Source: Desulfosoma sp.
GTDB taxonomy: Bacteria > Desulfobacterota > Syntrophobacteria > Syntrophobacterales > DSM-9756
Assembly: GCA_037481835.1 (NCBI GenBank)
Contig: JBBFKW010000002.1
Span: 160,001-224,000, forward strand
Length of the DNA stretch: 64,000 bases
Direction of reading: 5' to 3'
Position numbers and translations under genes: made by a program. Shown piece after piece: positions 47,468-57,661 of this stretch (within the stretch, counting starts at the first letter, position 1; each line of letters opens with the position of its first letter). The notes beneath the pieces are model-generated. The model ran no database searches. It was not told the DNA's origin and worked only from the letters and a program-made list of their open reading frames with translations.

Positions 47468-50400
47468 CTAAGCCGTTAAGGCCTCATCGATCTGGGTGTA
47501 GAGCTGCAGGTGCGAAAATCCCAGCAGCGTGATGGCTTCCGAAGGGCAGGTGGCCGCGCAGGTGCCGCATCCCTTGCACAAGGCCTGGTTTACTTCGCAC
47601 TTGGCCTCTTTTTCCAGGTAAGAGATCGCCCCAAAGGGGCAGCACTGGACGCAGCCCTGGCAACCGCAGCACAGATCCTTGTTGATGACGGCGACGACGC
47701 CGCCCGCCAAGATGGAATCCTTGGCCAGAATCGTCGCCGCCCGAGCGGCCGCCGCCTTGGCTTGGGCGATACATTCTTCCGTGGGCTTGGGATAGTGGGC
47801 CAGGCCCGCCACGAAGACGCCGTCCGTGGCGAAATCCACGGGGCGCAACTTGGCATGGGCTTCCAGGAAGAAGCCTTCCGAGTTAAGGGGCACCTTGAAC
47901 ATCTTGGCCAGTTCGTCCGCTTCCGCGCTCTGCATGACGATGGCTGAAGCCAGGGTGAGGATGTCGGGTTTGAGAACGATGGGCCGTTGGAGCACATGGT
48001 CGACGACGGTCACCGTCAGAGTGCCGTCGGGAGCCACCTGAACCTGGGGTTTCTTTTCCAGGTCGAAGCGGATGAAGAGAACCCCCCGGGCTCTGGCTTC
48101 CTTGTAGAGGTTTTCCCTGAGCCCGAAGGTGCGGATGTCCCTGTACAGGACGTAGACATCCATTTCGGGGTCGAGTTTTTTCAACCGCAACGCATTTTCG
48201 ATGGAGTGGCTGCAGCACACCCGGCTGCAATAAGGTCTTTCCGGTTCCCGGGATCCCACGCACTGGATGAAGACGGCCGAACGGGCGTGGGCGATCCGGG
48301 GATCGCGTTCGCTGATGGCCTTGTCCAGGTCCAGGTTGAGGAAGATCCGGTCGCTCTGGCCGTAGCCGTACTCGGTGGGTTTTAGGGAATGGGCGCCGAT
48401 GGCGAGGATCGCTACGCCGTGATCGATTTCCTTCCGGGTTCCGGCCACGTCCACCACGGTGTGGAAATTGCCCACGAAGCCTTGGACGTCTCGGATTTGG
48501 GCGTTGGTCAGTACCGTGATCTTGGGGTGCTGGATGACGCGGTGGATGAGCTCATCCAGATACGGGGCGATGGGCTGGCCGTCCCACGTGGAATAGAGTT
48601 TTCGGCCGTGACCGCCCAAAACGTCTTTTCGTTCCACGAGCGTGACCGGGTAGCCTTGGTCGGCCAGGGTCAGGGCGGCCGTCATGCCGGCGATGCCGCC
48701 CCCGACCACCAGGCCCGACTTGGTCACGTTGAGTTCCATTTCGCCCAAGGGCTGCTGCAGCGCCACCTTGGCCACGGCCATGCGGACCATGTCCTTGGCC
48801 TTTTCCGTGGCGGCTTCCGGTTCGTTCATATGGACCCACGAGCCCATATTGCGGATGTTGGCCATTTCAAAAAGATATTTATTCAGCCCTGCCTGCCGAA
48901 GCGTTTCTTGGAACAGGGCTTCATGGGTGCGCGGGGAACAGGCGGCCACAACGATGCGGTTCAGGCGGTGTTCCTCGATGACTTTCTTCATCTTGTCCTG
49001 AGTGTCCTGGGCGCACGTGAACAGGTTGCGCTCCACGTAGGCCACCGAAGGCAAGGTTTCCGCGTAATCGGCCACGGCCGCCACATCGATCACTCCGGCG
49101 ATGTTGACCCCGCAGTGGCACACGAACACCCCGACCCTGGGTTCCTCCGCCGCGACGTCTTTTTCCGAAAGGGCAGGGGGTTTTCGGGTGAGGCTGTTTC
49201 GGGCCGGAGCCAGAAGCGCCGCGGAATCCGCGGCGGCGGCGGAGGCCTCCATGACGGACAGGGGAATGTCCTTCGGGCTCTGGAAAACACCGCACACGAA
49301 AATGCCGTTTCGAGACGTCTGCACGGGCTCGAAAGGCGACGTGGCGGCAAAGCGCCCGTCCCCGATTTCGATTCCCAGGCGCTCCGCCATCTCCAGGGTA
49401 TCCTTGGCAATCTGGAGGCCGACGGAAAGGACCACGAGATTAAACGTTTCTTCAATGATTCTGCCGTCTTCCGTCACGTACTGAATGGCCATGTCGTCCG
49501 TTCCGGGAACCGCCTCGATGCTGTGGACCCGGGATCGGATGAAACGGACGTGCTTTTCCTTTTCGGCTCGTTCGTAGTACTTGTCGAAGTCCTTGCCCGG
49601 CGTGCGCATGTCCATGAAAAAGATGGCCGTATCCAGCTCCGGACCACTGTGTTCTATGGCGATACCGGCTTGCTTGATCGCGTACATGCAGCAGACCGCG
49701 GAGCAGTACCCGTTGTCACAATGGTGGATGTCTCGAGACCCCACGCATTGGAGCCATGCGATCTTCTTCGGTTCTTGATGGTCGCTGGGGCGGACGAGAT
49801 GGCCTTCGAACGGACCGGACGCCGAAAGGATCCGTTCGAATTCCATGGATGTGACCACATTGGGCAGCTTGGCGTAGTTGTAGGTGTCGTAAACTCTGGG
49901 ATCGAAAGGCTCAAAGCCGGGAGCCAGGATGATGCTTCCCACATCGAGGGTGAATTCGCGGTCCTGATCGTCGAATTTTACCGCCTGGGTCGGACAGAAT
50001 TTTTCACAGGCCCGGCACTTGCCCTTTTCGAAGTAAATGCAGTGATCCTTGTCGATCACATATTTCAAAGGCACGGCCTGGGGAAACTTGACATACGCGG
50101 CTTTGCGTGTGCCGAGCCCCGCATTGTATTCGTCAGGGACCTTCCGAGGGCATTTTTCCGCGCACGTCCCGCACCCGATACATTTGTCCATGTCAATGTA
50201 GCGAGCCCTTTGAAAAACGGTGACGCGAAAATTTCCCGCGTCCCCGGAAACGTCCTTCACCTCGGCGAGGGTGTGGAGTTGAATGTTCAGGTGCCGACCC
50301 ACTTCCACGAGTTTGGGGGACAGAATGCACAGTGAGCAATCGTCGGTCGGAAACGTTTTATCGAGCGTCGCCATGACACCGCCGATGGCCGAACTCTTTT

Positions 50401-50527
50401 CGATCAAATGGACAAAGTACCCTGAGTCGGCCAAATCCAAAGCGGCCTGGACGCCGGCGATGCCTCCACCAACCACCATGACGGATCCGATGGGGTTCGA
50501 AGGGGTGGGTCGCGTCGCATTGGTCAT
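47468..50527 (-). CDS. hdrA: Large heterodisulfide reductase subunit A-like flavoprotein
   Basis: Two GGGIAG FAD motifs, LDKTFPT.DC, two QCVGSR..YCS.VCC modules, several ferredoxin motifs. Confidence 0.9.
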   Translation of the reverse strand: MTNATRPTPSNPIGSVMVVGGGIAGVQAALDLADSGYFVHLIEKSSAIGGVMATLDKTFPTDDCSLCILSPKLVEVGRHLNIQLHTLAEVKDVSGDAGNFRVTVFQRARYIDMDKCIGCGTCAEKCPRKVPDEYNAGLGTRKAAYVKFPQAVPLKYVIDKDHCIYFEKGKCRACEKFCPTQAVKFDDQDREFTLDVGSIILAPGFEPFDPRVYDTYNYAKLPNVVTSMEFERILSASGPFEGHLVRPSDHQEPKKIAWLQCVGSRDIHHCDNGYCSAVCCMYAIKQAGIAIEHSGPELDTAIFFMDMRTPGKDFDKYYERAEKEKHVRFIRSRVHSIEAVPGTDDMAIQYVTEDGRIIEETFNLVVLSVGLQIAKDTLEMAERLGIEIGDGRFAATSPFEPVQTSRNGIFVCGVFQSPKDIPLSVMEASAAAADSAALLAPARNSLTRKPPALSEKDVAAEEPRVGVFVCHCGVNIAGVIDVAAVADYAETLPSVAYVERNLFTCAQDTQDKMKKVIEEHRLNRIVVAACSPRTHEALFQETLRQAGLNKYLFEMANIRNMGSWVHMNEPEAATEKAKDMVRMAVAKVALQQPLGEMELNVTKSGLVVGGGIAGMTAALTLADQGYPVTLVERKDVLGGHGRKLYSTWDGQPIAPYLDELIHRVIQHPKITVLTNAQIRDVQGFVGNFHTVVDVAGTRKEIDHGVAILAIGAHSLKPTEYGYGQSDRIFLNLDLDKAISERDPRIAHARSAVFIQCVGSREPERPYCSRVCCSHSIENALRLKKLDPEMDVYVLYRDIRTFGLRENLYKEARARGVLFIRFDLEKKPQVQVAPDGTLTVTVVDHVLQRPIVLKPDILTLASAIVMQSAEADELAKMFKVPLNSEGFFLEAHAKLRPVDFATDGVFVAGLAHYPKPTEECIAQAKAAAARAATILAKDSILAGGVVAVINKDLCCGCQGCVQCCPFGAISYLEKEAKCEVNQALCKGCGTCAATCPSEAITLLGFSHLQLYTQIDEALTA

Positions 50528-50551
50528 GATGCTCTCTCCCTTGTTTGATCC

Positions 50552-52033
50552 TTATTGCGTTTTGTCGTCGTCCTGTGCGGGACTGGGAGGAATGATCTTT
50601 TTCTGCCCGTTGGACAGGTATTCGTGCATGGATGCCGCGGCGATGCGGCCCTCTCCCATGGCGCTGATGACCGTGGCCCCGCCCGAAACGATGTCGCCGC
50701 CGGCCCACACGCGGGCTTTGGAGGTGCGGCCCCGCTCGTCGATGACCACGGTACCCCACCGGGTGACATTGAGATCCGGCGTCGTGGACGGGATGAGCGG
50801 GTTCGGGGAGGTGCCGAGCGACACCACCACGGTGTCCACATCCAGGATGTATTCGCTGCCGGGAATGGGCACGGGGCGGCGCCGGCCGCTTTCATCGGGT
50901 TCGGTGAGTTTCATCCGGATGAGTTCCATGGCGGCCACGTTGTTTCGACCGTCGCTCAGAAACGCCGTCGGGTTGCACAGGAAATGGAACTGGATGCCTT
51001 CTTCCTCGGCGTTTTCCACTTCTTCGAGCCGCGCGGGCATTTCGGCGCGCGTTCGGCGATAAATGACGTAGACCTCCTGGGCTCCAAGGCGCACGGCGCA
51101 TCGCGCCGCGTCCATGGCCACGTTGCCGCCGCCGATGACCGCAACCTTTTTCCCCATCTTGATGGGGGTGGCGTATTCGGGGTAGCGGTACGCTTTCATG
51201 AGGTTGGTGCGCGTCAAGAATTCATTGGCCGAATAGACCATGTTCAGGTTTTCCCCGGGCACGCCGAGGAATTTGGGGAGCCCCGCCCCGGGCGCCAGGT
51301 AGACGGCGTCGTAGTCCGTGCGCAGCAGCTCATCCAGGCTGTAGTTGATGCCGATGACGGTGTTGAGCCGCAGATCCACGCCCAGGGACTGCACGTACTG
51401 GACTTCCCGCTGAACGATTTCCTTGGGAAGACGAAACTGCGGAATGCCGTACATGAGCACCCCGCCGGCCACGTGAAGGGCTTCGAAAAGGACCACCTGA
51501 TGGCCCAAAATGGCCAGATCCGAAGCCACGGTCAGGCCGGAAGGGCCTGAGCCCACCACGGCGACTTTTTTGCCCGTGGACGGAGCCATCTCCGGCATGG
51601 TCGGCGTGCCCTGGGTGCGTTCCCAATCGGCGATGAAGCGCTCCAGGCGGCCGATGGCGACCGGAGCGCCTTTCTTGTTCAGGGTGCAGGCTTCTTCGCA
51701 CTGGAGTTCCTGGGGGCAGACGCGGCCGCACACGCCCGGAAGGGATGTCTTGCGCTTCAGGACCTTGGCCGCCTCCTCGATGTCTTCACGCTGCAAGGCC
51801 GCAATGAAGTCCGGAATGTCGATGTTGACCGGGCAGCCCTGCTGGCACGGCCGCTTCTTGCACTGGATGCACCGTGAGGCTTCCTCTTTGGCCAGTTCCC
51901 ACGTATAGCCCAGCGCCACCTCATCGAAATTATGCCGGCGCTCGTGTTCCGACTGCTTGGGCATGTCGACCCGGTTCAGGTTGAGCTTCTGTTTCTTCGC
52001 CGGGGCGCCCTTGGTTTCTTTTTCGTCCGTCAT
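50552..52033 (-). CDS. nfnB: NfnB/GltD-like NADPH flavoprotein
   Basis: RCIQC..PC..GCP, CGRVCPQE.QC, GSGPSG, YGIPQFRLPK, GGGNVAMD and YRR motifs. Confidence 0.82.
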   Translation of the reverse strand: MTDEKETKGAPAKKQKLNLNRVDMPKQSEHERRHNFDEVALGYTWELAKEEASRCIQCKKRPCQQGCPVNIDIPDFIAALQREDIEEAAKVLKRKTSLPGVCGRVCPQELQCEEACTLNKKGAPVAIGRLERFIADWERTQGTPTMPEMAPSTGKKVAVVGSGPSGLTVASDLAILGHQVVLFEALHVAGGVLMYGIPQFRLPKEIVQREVQYVQSLGVDLRLNTVIGINYSLDELLRTDYDAVYLAPGAGLPKFLGVPGENLNMVYSANEFLTRTNLMKAYRYPEYATPIKMGKKVAVIGGGNVAMDAARCAVRLGAQEVYVIYRRTRAEMPARLEEVENAEEEGIQFHFLCNPTAFLSDGRNNVAAMELIRMKLTEPDESGRRRPVPIPGSEYILDVDTVVVSLGTSPNPLIPSTTPDLNVTRWGTVVIDERGRTSKARVWAGGDIVSGGATVISAMGEGRIAAASMHEYLSNGQKKIIPPSPAQDDDKTQ

Positions 52034-52098
52034 TGCCTATTCTCCTTGGAAAACCGCACATCCGAGTCGACGCCGATCGGCCTCATGCCGAATCGATT

Positions 52099-52944
52099 TC
52101 ACCATTGGGAACATCCGCGGCATTGGAATCCCTGCTGCAGGATGCTTTCATCGGCATAGGTGCAACGGCGGGCCATCAGGACTTCCCAACCGTCCACTTC
52201 GTGGCCGTCGAATTCGGGACCGTGCACGCAGGCGAATCTGTTGGTTCGCCCCACACTCAACCGACAGGCGCCGCACATCCCGGTGCCGTCCACCATGACG
52301 GGAGTGAGGTGCACCATGGTTTTGATGCCGTAGGGGCGGGTCATTTCCGAAAGCACTCGCATGAGACACAGGGAACACATGGCGATGACGCGGTCGATCC
52401 GCCGCCTGGGGTGCTGGTTGAGGAGCTTTCGCATGGCGACCGTGGTGCTTTCCATCATGCCGTCGCCCTTGGTGCCCAAAGCCCAAATCACGGTGTCGCT
52501 TAGTTCTTCGAGAGGCTTTTGCCCGAAGAGGCGCTCGGGGTCGGGAGCCTGCACGATGGTGGTCAGGGTATTGCCCTTTTCCTTGAGTGCTTTGAGGATG
52601 GGGACCATGGCGGCAAGGCCGTATCCGCTGAGGACCGAGACCACATGGCCGTAATGGTCCACTTCCGCGGGACGGCCCAGCGGCCCGATGAAACTCAACA
52701 AGGCGTCGCCGGGCTGAAGGCCGGCCAGCTGCTGCGTGGTCTTGCCCACTTCGATGAACACGAAATCCACCGTTCCGGCGCCCGTATCCCAGTCGCTGAT
52801 GGTGAACGGCACACGTTCCCCTTTTTCGTCGATGATGAGGATCACGAACTGGCCGGGCTTGGCCTTTTCTGCGACCACCGGCGCTTTCACTCGGAGCCGG
52901 TGGACCCTGGGAGCCAACACTTCATGATCGACAATTGGATACAT
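52099..52944 (-). CDS. nfnA: NfnA/SudB-like FAD and 2Fe-2S subunit with divergent NAD-binding domain
   Basis: PGQFVIL..GERVPFTI, GPLG and MVDGTGMCGACR..FACVHGPEFD motifs; start ATG52944. Confidence 0.78.
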   Translation of the reverse strand: MYPIVDHEVLAPRVHRLRVKAPVVAEKAKPGQFVILIIDEKGERVPFTISDWDTGAGTVDFVFIEVGKTTQQLAGLQPGDALLSFIGPLGRPAEVDHYGHVVSVLSGYGLAAMVPILKALKEKGNTLTTIVQAPDPERLFGQKPLEELSDTVIWALGTKGDGMMESTTVAMRKLLNQHPRRRIDRVIAMCSLCLMRVLSEMTRPYGIKTMVHLTPVMVDGTGMCGACRLSVGRTNRFACVHGPEFDGHEVDGWEVLMARRCTYADESILQQGFQCRGCSQW

Positions 52945-52946
52945 GG

Positions 52947-55550
52947 CTATCTTTTCTCCACTTTTGCGGCCAGTGATGTGCCCGTAAGACGGCTTCCACC
53001 GAGAACGCCCTGGAGGCGCTCCGCCGGGACGACCACGAGCTTCAGGGGGAGGTGGATGTTCAGTGCCAGTCGCCCCGTCACTTCTCCGCCGTTGAAGACC
53101 ACCGCCACGGTGTCCCCGGGCATGCACCCCAGCCGGTACGCATCGGCCGGGTTCATTTCGATCTCGCCGTCACAGGCCATGACGGCCCGGGCTTCCGGAG
53201 CCAAGAGCGGCCCGAAGTAGGAAGGGTAGAGCGCTTCCTTGGCAGCCAGGTGCAAGGGGAATTCCTTGCGCACTTCGGCTGGCTCCGGAGTCCGAGGCGG
53301 CTGCGACGGCCTCCACGGTTTGTAAACCGGGGCCGAGTCGGCAAAGAGAATGGGCGTTCCTCCATGGTCCGAAGAAGGGCACGGGAGCTGCACCGCCTCG
53401 TATCGGGCACGACTGCGGTCTATCCCCGCATAGGACTCCTGCTGTGAGGCCAGACTTTTCAGGATCACAACGGGTTCTTCATCGCCGATTTCCGCTCCGC
53501 CCAGGAAGCGCGACAAGGCCGCCGCCGTCTGGATGATCGTGCGGGATCCTGTGGAGGTGGCCAGCGCTTTCTCCGTCCACTGGATTCGCCGCTCGGCATT
53601 GGTCAAAGAGCCGTCCTTTTCCAAAAGAGGAGTCATCGGCAGCAGGACATCGGGCCGGATAAATTCCGGCGGCGCCGTCACGTCCTGGACCACGACGAAG
53701 TCCAGGGCGTCGCGAAAAGACCCCAGGGCCGCCCAGCATTCGTCGCCGTAAGATTCCGCCGCCACGAAGACGGCCTTGATCCGGCCCGAAGCCACGGCCT
53801 CCATGACGGCCGGACTCCAGCCGAGATCGCGGGCGCCCTGGATGTTGGACGACCCGAAAAGGGGCCAGAATCCTCCGCCGGGCTTTCCCAAGCTTCCCTT
53901 GGCGAACGCCAGGGAAAGGAGAGCCCGCGTCAGGTCGCCCACGTCGGGGGATTCCAAAACACCCAGTCCGGCCAAAACGGCCACCGTGTCACGCGCCGCA
54001 AGCATGCAGCCGGCTTCGACCAGTTCCTCGTCGTGGATCCCGGTCAAGTGGGAGACGGTCTCCACGTCGTAAGGGGCGGTGAGTTCTTTGAGCGCCGAGA
54101 GGAGCTCCGGGCCGGCCTTCTTGTCCGCCCCTTTTTCGTCCAGGATGATCCTCAAAAGGCCCAAGACCAGAGCGGTCTCCGATCCGGGCACGTAGCGCAG
54201 GTGCATGTGGGCGTAGCGCGCGATGGCCACATCATAGGGGTTGGCCACCACCAACTTGGCGCCCTTGAGCACCGCCTGGCGAATCGCTGTTCCCGCAATG
54301 GGATGTGAGGCTGCGGGGTTGCACCCCATGGCGAAGATGGCCGGCGCCTCGGCCAAGTCTTTCAAACTGTTGGTGGCGCACACCCTTCCCAACTGCTCGA
54401 ACACCGCCTGCTCGAAGAGGGCCAGCCCTTGGGATCCCATGAGGCCCACATGGGGGGTGTTCAGCGATTCCCGGGCCACCCGATTCAGAACATGAAGTTC
54501 CTCATTGGTCAAGCGGCCGTCCGTCAGCACGGCGATCTGATCCGGGGCGTAGTCTTTCAGCCGTCGGGCGACGTGCTTCAGAGCTTCGTCCCACGAGCGG
54601 GTCTTCCAGCCGTCGGCGTCTCGCACGGCAGGCTGCCGGATCCTTTCGGGGCGGGCGATGTAGCGCTTGAGGAGAAAGCGGCCTTGCACGCAGGCCTGCC
54701 CATTGTTGCTGGGGCCGTCGGGGCTGGGCTTTACCTGGATGACGGCTTCGTCGGCGCTCTTTTCCAGCATGAGCCGGCAGCCCGCGCTGCACACGGGGCA
54801 GATGGCCGTGGACCACAGAGTTTCCAGTTCTTTCTTGTAAAGGTCTGTCACGATGGCCGTCAAAGCGCTGCACACGGCGTCCATGGCCGAGCGGGTCTCG
54901 CCGTGGAAGTCCCCGAGATTCTCGCGCAAGGCCCCCACCGGACACACATCCACGCAGGCCCCGCAGAACTGGCACCCCGATTCTTCCAAGGTCCTGCCGA
55001 ACGGCGTGCCCACGGATTGACGCCCGTCCTTGGATTCCCGAAAAACGATGGTGCGGGCCCCCCGCACTTCGTGGCACACCCGCACGCAGCGGCCGCAGCG
55101 CACGCACAGGCTGTAGTCCCTTTCGAAATAGGGGCCGCCGGGCAGCGGTTCGGGCCGGGAGACGTCGGGCGCCGGGTAGGGGAAATCGATTCCCACGGCC
55201 GCCACCAGCTGCTGAAGTTCGCAGGTGCCGTTGCGGGGGCACCCCAGGCAGTGCCGCGGATGGTCCTGGAGGATCAGCTGCAGCATCTCCCGGCGAAAGT
55301 CGATGACCTTGGAAGACTGGGTCTGCACGCGAAGGCCTTCGCTTACGGGCGTCGTGCACGCCGCCGGAAGGCCCCGTTGGCCTTCGATCTCCACGGCGCA
55401 CAAGCGGCAGGATCCGCTGGGTTCCAAGGCCGGGTGGAAACACAGCCGAGGAATGTAGATTCCGGCGGCATCGGCGGCCTGGAGGATCGTCTGACCGGTC
55501 CTCGCCTTGACTTGCTCATCGTTGATCCAAATGTTGACGTCGCTCATCAT
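52947..55550 (-). CDS. NuoG/SfrA-like multi-Fe-S protein with a molybdopterin-oxidoreductase fold
   Basis: 2Fe-2S (LC..SCRLC..AC), HPRHC.GC..C, two CxxCxxC motifs, CPVCSAGC..C; no Cys/Sec-His Mo ligand motif found. Confidence 0.8.
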   Translation of the reverse strand: MMSDVNIWINDEQVKARTGQTILQAADAAGIYIPRLCFHPALEPSGSCRLCAVEIEGQRGLPAACTTPVSEGLRVQTQSSKVIDFRREMLQLILQDHPRHCLGCPRNGTCELQQLVAAVGIDFPYPAPDVSRPEPLPGGPYFERDYSLCVRCGRCVRVCHEVRGARTIVFRESKDGRQSVGTPFGRTLEESGCQFCGACVDVCPVGALRENLGDFHGETRSAMDAVCSALTAIVTDLYKKELETLWSTAICPVCSAGCRLMLEKSADEAVIQVKPSPDGPSNNGQACVQGRFLLKRYIARPERIRQPAVRDADGWKTRSWDEALKHVARRLKDYAPDQIAVLTDGRLTNEELHVLNRVARESLNTPHVGLMGSQGLALFEQAVFEQLGRVCATNSLKDLAEAPAIFAMGCNPAASHPIAGTAIRQAVLKGAKLVVANPYDVAIARYAHMHLRYVPGSETALVLGLLRIILDEKGADKKAGPELLSALKELTAPYDVETVSHLTGIHDEELVEAGCMLAARDTVAVLAGLGVLESPDVGDLTRALLSLAFAKGSLGKPGGGFWPLFGSSNIQGARDLGWSPAVMEAVASGRIKAVFVAAESYGDECWAALGSFRDALDFVVVQDVTAPPEFIRPDVLLPMTPLLEKDGSLTNAERRIQWTEKALATSTGSRTIIQTAAALSRFLGGAEIGDEEPVVILKSLASQQESYAGIDRSRARYEAVQLPCPSSDHGGTPILFADSAPVYKPWRPSQPPRTPEPAEVRKEFPLHLAAKEALYPSYFGPLLAPEARAVMACDGEIEMNPADAYRLGCMPGDTVAVVFNGGEVTGRLALNIHLPLKLVVVPAERLQGVLGGSRLTGTSLAAKVEKR

Positions 55551-55690
55551 GACCCCTGATTGTTTCGTGTGACCGTGAAATGAGCCGGATCAAGAGAAAA
55601 AAATCACATTAAAGGGCCAAAAAAACAATGGGAAACCCATCGCTTAAGCGCTCTTCGGCGGTAACATCCCCCCTGCCTCCAAGCCGTTAA

Positions 55691-55719
55691 ACCATAAATG
55701 GAGACGGTTTCTTTGTCAA
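55691..55719 (-). promoter_or_regulatory. Putative sigma70 promoter of the redox operon
   Basis: Minus strand TTGACA-17 nt-TATGGT. Confidence 0.65.
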
Positions 55720-55900
55720 CAACTTGGATCACCGACGTGCAGGTGCGTTCAAGGCCAGGGGTGCAGGGCCCGCCTTCACGCCCCTTGGGCTCCGAAGGCG
55801 TGACCGCTCCATTGCGCCTTGCGTCCGTCCGCGGTCATCGGGTAAATGGAAGCGGGGCCATCACAGGGTTCGGCACCGGACGATGACAACGGAGGCACGC

Positions 55901-57517
55901 ATGAAGATCGCCTATTTGACCATGGAAGTGGGCCTGAGCGAACACATCCCCACCTACAGCGGCGGCCTTGGCATTTTGGCAGGGGATCACATCAAATCGT
56001 CGGCGGATTTGAACATCCCGTTGGTGGCCGTGACCCTTCTCTACAAACGCGGGTACTTCATCCAGCAGATCAACGCCATGGGACAGCAGGAAGAGCTCTA
56101 TCCGTACTTCGATCCCCGCGCCTTCATGGAACCCCTTCCCTTCAAGGTGACGGTCCCCATGGAAGGGCGAAACGTCCACGTGGGGGTCTGGAAATACAAC
56201 CAGGTTGGCCAGAAAGGCCGGGTTCCCGTCTACTTCCTGGATACCGATTTGCCCATGAACCGGCCCGAGGACCGCATGATCACCCATTATCTCTACGGCG
56301 GCGACAAACACACGCGGATTTGTCAGGAGGCCGTCTTGGGTATCGGCGGCTACATGGTGCTCAAGAAGCTGGAGCCGGGTGTGACCACCTATCACATGAA
56401 CGAAGGCCACGCCGTTTTTCTGACCCTGGCCCTGCTCAAGGACCTGGGGGGCACTGTGGAGCGGGTGCGGGAAAAGTGCGTCTTCACGACGCACACGCCG
56501 GTTCCCGCCGGCCATGACATTTTCGATTACGGCATGGCCCAAGCCGTCCTTCAGGATTACCTGCCGCCCAACATCCGGGATCTGGCCGGCCGAGACGCCC
56601 TCAACACGACCGTGTTGGCCTTGAACCTGTCGCGGGCGAGTAACGGCGTGAGCGAGCTCCACGGGGAAGTGTCCCGGCAAATGTTTCCCGGCTTCGACAT
56701 CGGCCACATCACCAACGGCGTGCACCATCTCACGTGGACCGGTCCCGAATTCCAGGCCCTCTTCGATCGGCACTGCCCGGGATGGCGCGAGCAGCCTCAA
56801 AACCTGGCCAAGGCCCGGGACATTCCGGACGATGAGATCCGGGAGGCCAAGAAAGCAGCCAAGAAACGCCTCATCAGTTACATCAACGCCATCTCAGGCG
56901 CCGGTTTCAGCGAACAACTCCTGACCGTGGGGTTCGCCCGCCGTGCCGCCTCGTACAAGCGGGCGACCTTGGTCCTCACCGACCTGGAATACCTGGTCAA
57001 CCTCTCTTATGACCGGGTCCAGTACATTTTCGCCGGCAAGGCCCACCCCCAGGACGGGGCGGGAAAGGAACTCATCGCGGAAATCGTCAGGATCGCCAAG
57101 AAGTACGAAGAAAAACTGCGGATCGTCTACGTGCCCAACTACAACATGTGGCTCGGCGCCCTCATGACCCAAGGCACCGACGTGTGGCTGAACACCCCGC
57201 GGCGCCCCCGCGAGGCGTGCGGCACCAGCGGAATGAAGGTGTGCTTCAACGGGGGCGTGAACATGAGCGTCCTGGACGGCTGGTGGCGGGAGGCGTGCCG
57301 GGACCGGATCAACGGATGGGCCGTCGGGGACGACGAGGACCAAAGCGATGAAGACGCCGCCGCGGACCTCTATCGCGATATCGACGACATGGTGACCACG
57401 TACTACGCCAGCCCCAAACACTGGGTGCAAATCATGAAAAACTCCATCGCCGATGTGACCCCCGTGTTCAACACGCACCGCATGGTCCTGGAGTATCTCC
57501 ACAAATACTACCTCTAA
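55901..57517 (+). CDS. glgP: Alpha-glucan phosphorylase (short form)
   Basis: YSGGLGILAGD, HMNEGH, FTTHTP, ITNGVH, FARR and EACGTSGMK (PLP lysine) motifs. Confidence 0.9.
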   Translation: MKIAYLTMEVGLSEHIPTYSGGLGILAGDHIKSSADLNIPLVAVTLLYKRGYFIQQINAMGQQEELYPYFDPRAFMEPLPFKVTVPMEGRNVHVGVWKYNQVGQKGRVPVYFLDTDLPMNRPEDRMITHYLYGGDKHTRICQEAVLGIGGYMVLKKLEPGVTTYHMNEGHAVFLTLALLKDLGGTVERVREKCVFTTHTPVPAGHDIFDYGMAQAVLQDYLPPNIRDLAGRDALNTTVLALNLSRASNGVSELHGEVSRQMFPGFDIGHITNGVHHLTWTGPEFQALFDRHCPGWREQPQNLAKARDIPDDEIREAKKAAKKRLISYINAISGAGFSEQLLTVGFARRAASYKRATLVLTDLEYLVNLSYDRVQYIFAGKAHPQDGAGKELIAEIVRIAKKYEEKLRIVYVPNYNMWLGALMTQGTDVWLNTPRRPREACGTSGMKVCFNGGVNMSVLDGWWREACRDRINGWAVGDDEDQSDEDAAADLYRDIDDMVTTYYASPKHWVQIMKNSIADVTPVFNTHRMVLEYLHKYYL

Positions 57518-57661
57518 CCCGATAAAGCACTGGGTCCCGAGGCTCGGCAGATCGCTCGACGCGCCTCGGGGGGCCCGAGCGCGCCGAAGTGGCAGGAAAG
57601 AGTCGCAAGCGTGCCGGCTTGGAGGAGCACCGCGGCCGCGACCTCCTTCGCCGGCCGGGTC

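Noticed and set aside
55560..55620. Rex-like operator upstream of the redox operon
   Set aside because: Only half-sites (gtgaa, tcaca) without the proper palindromic spacing.
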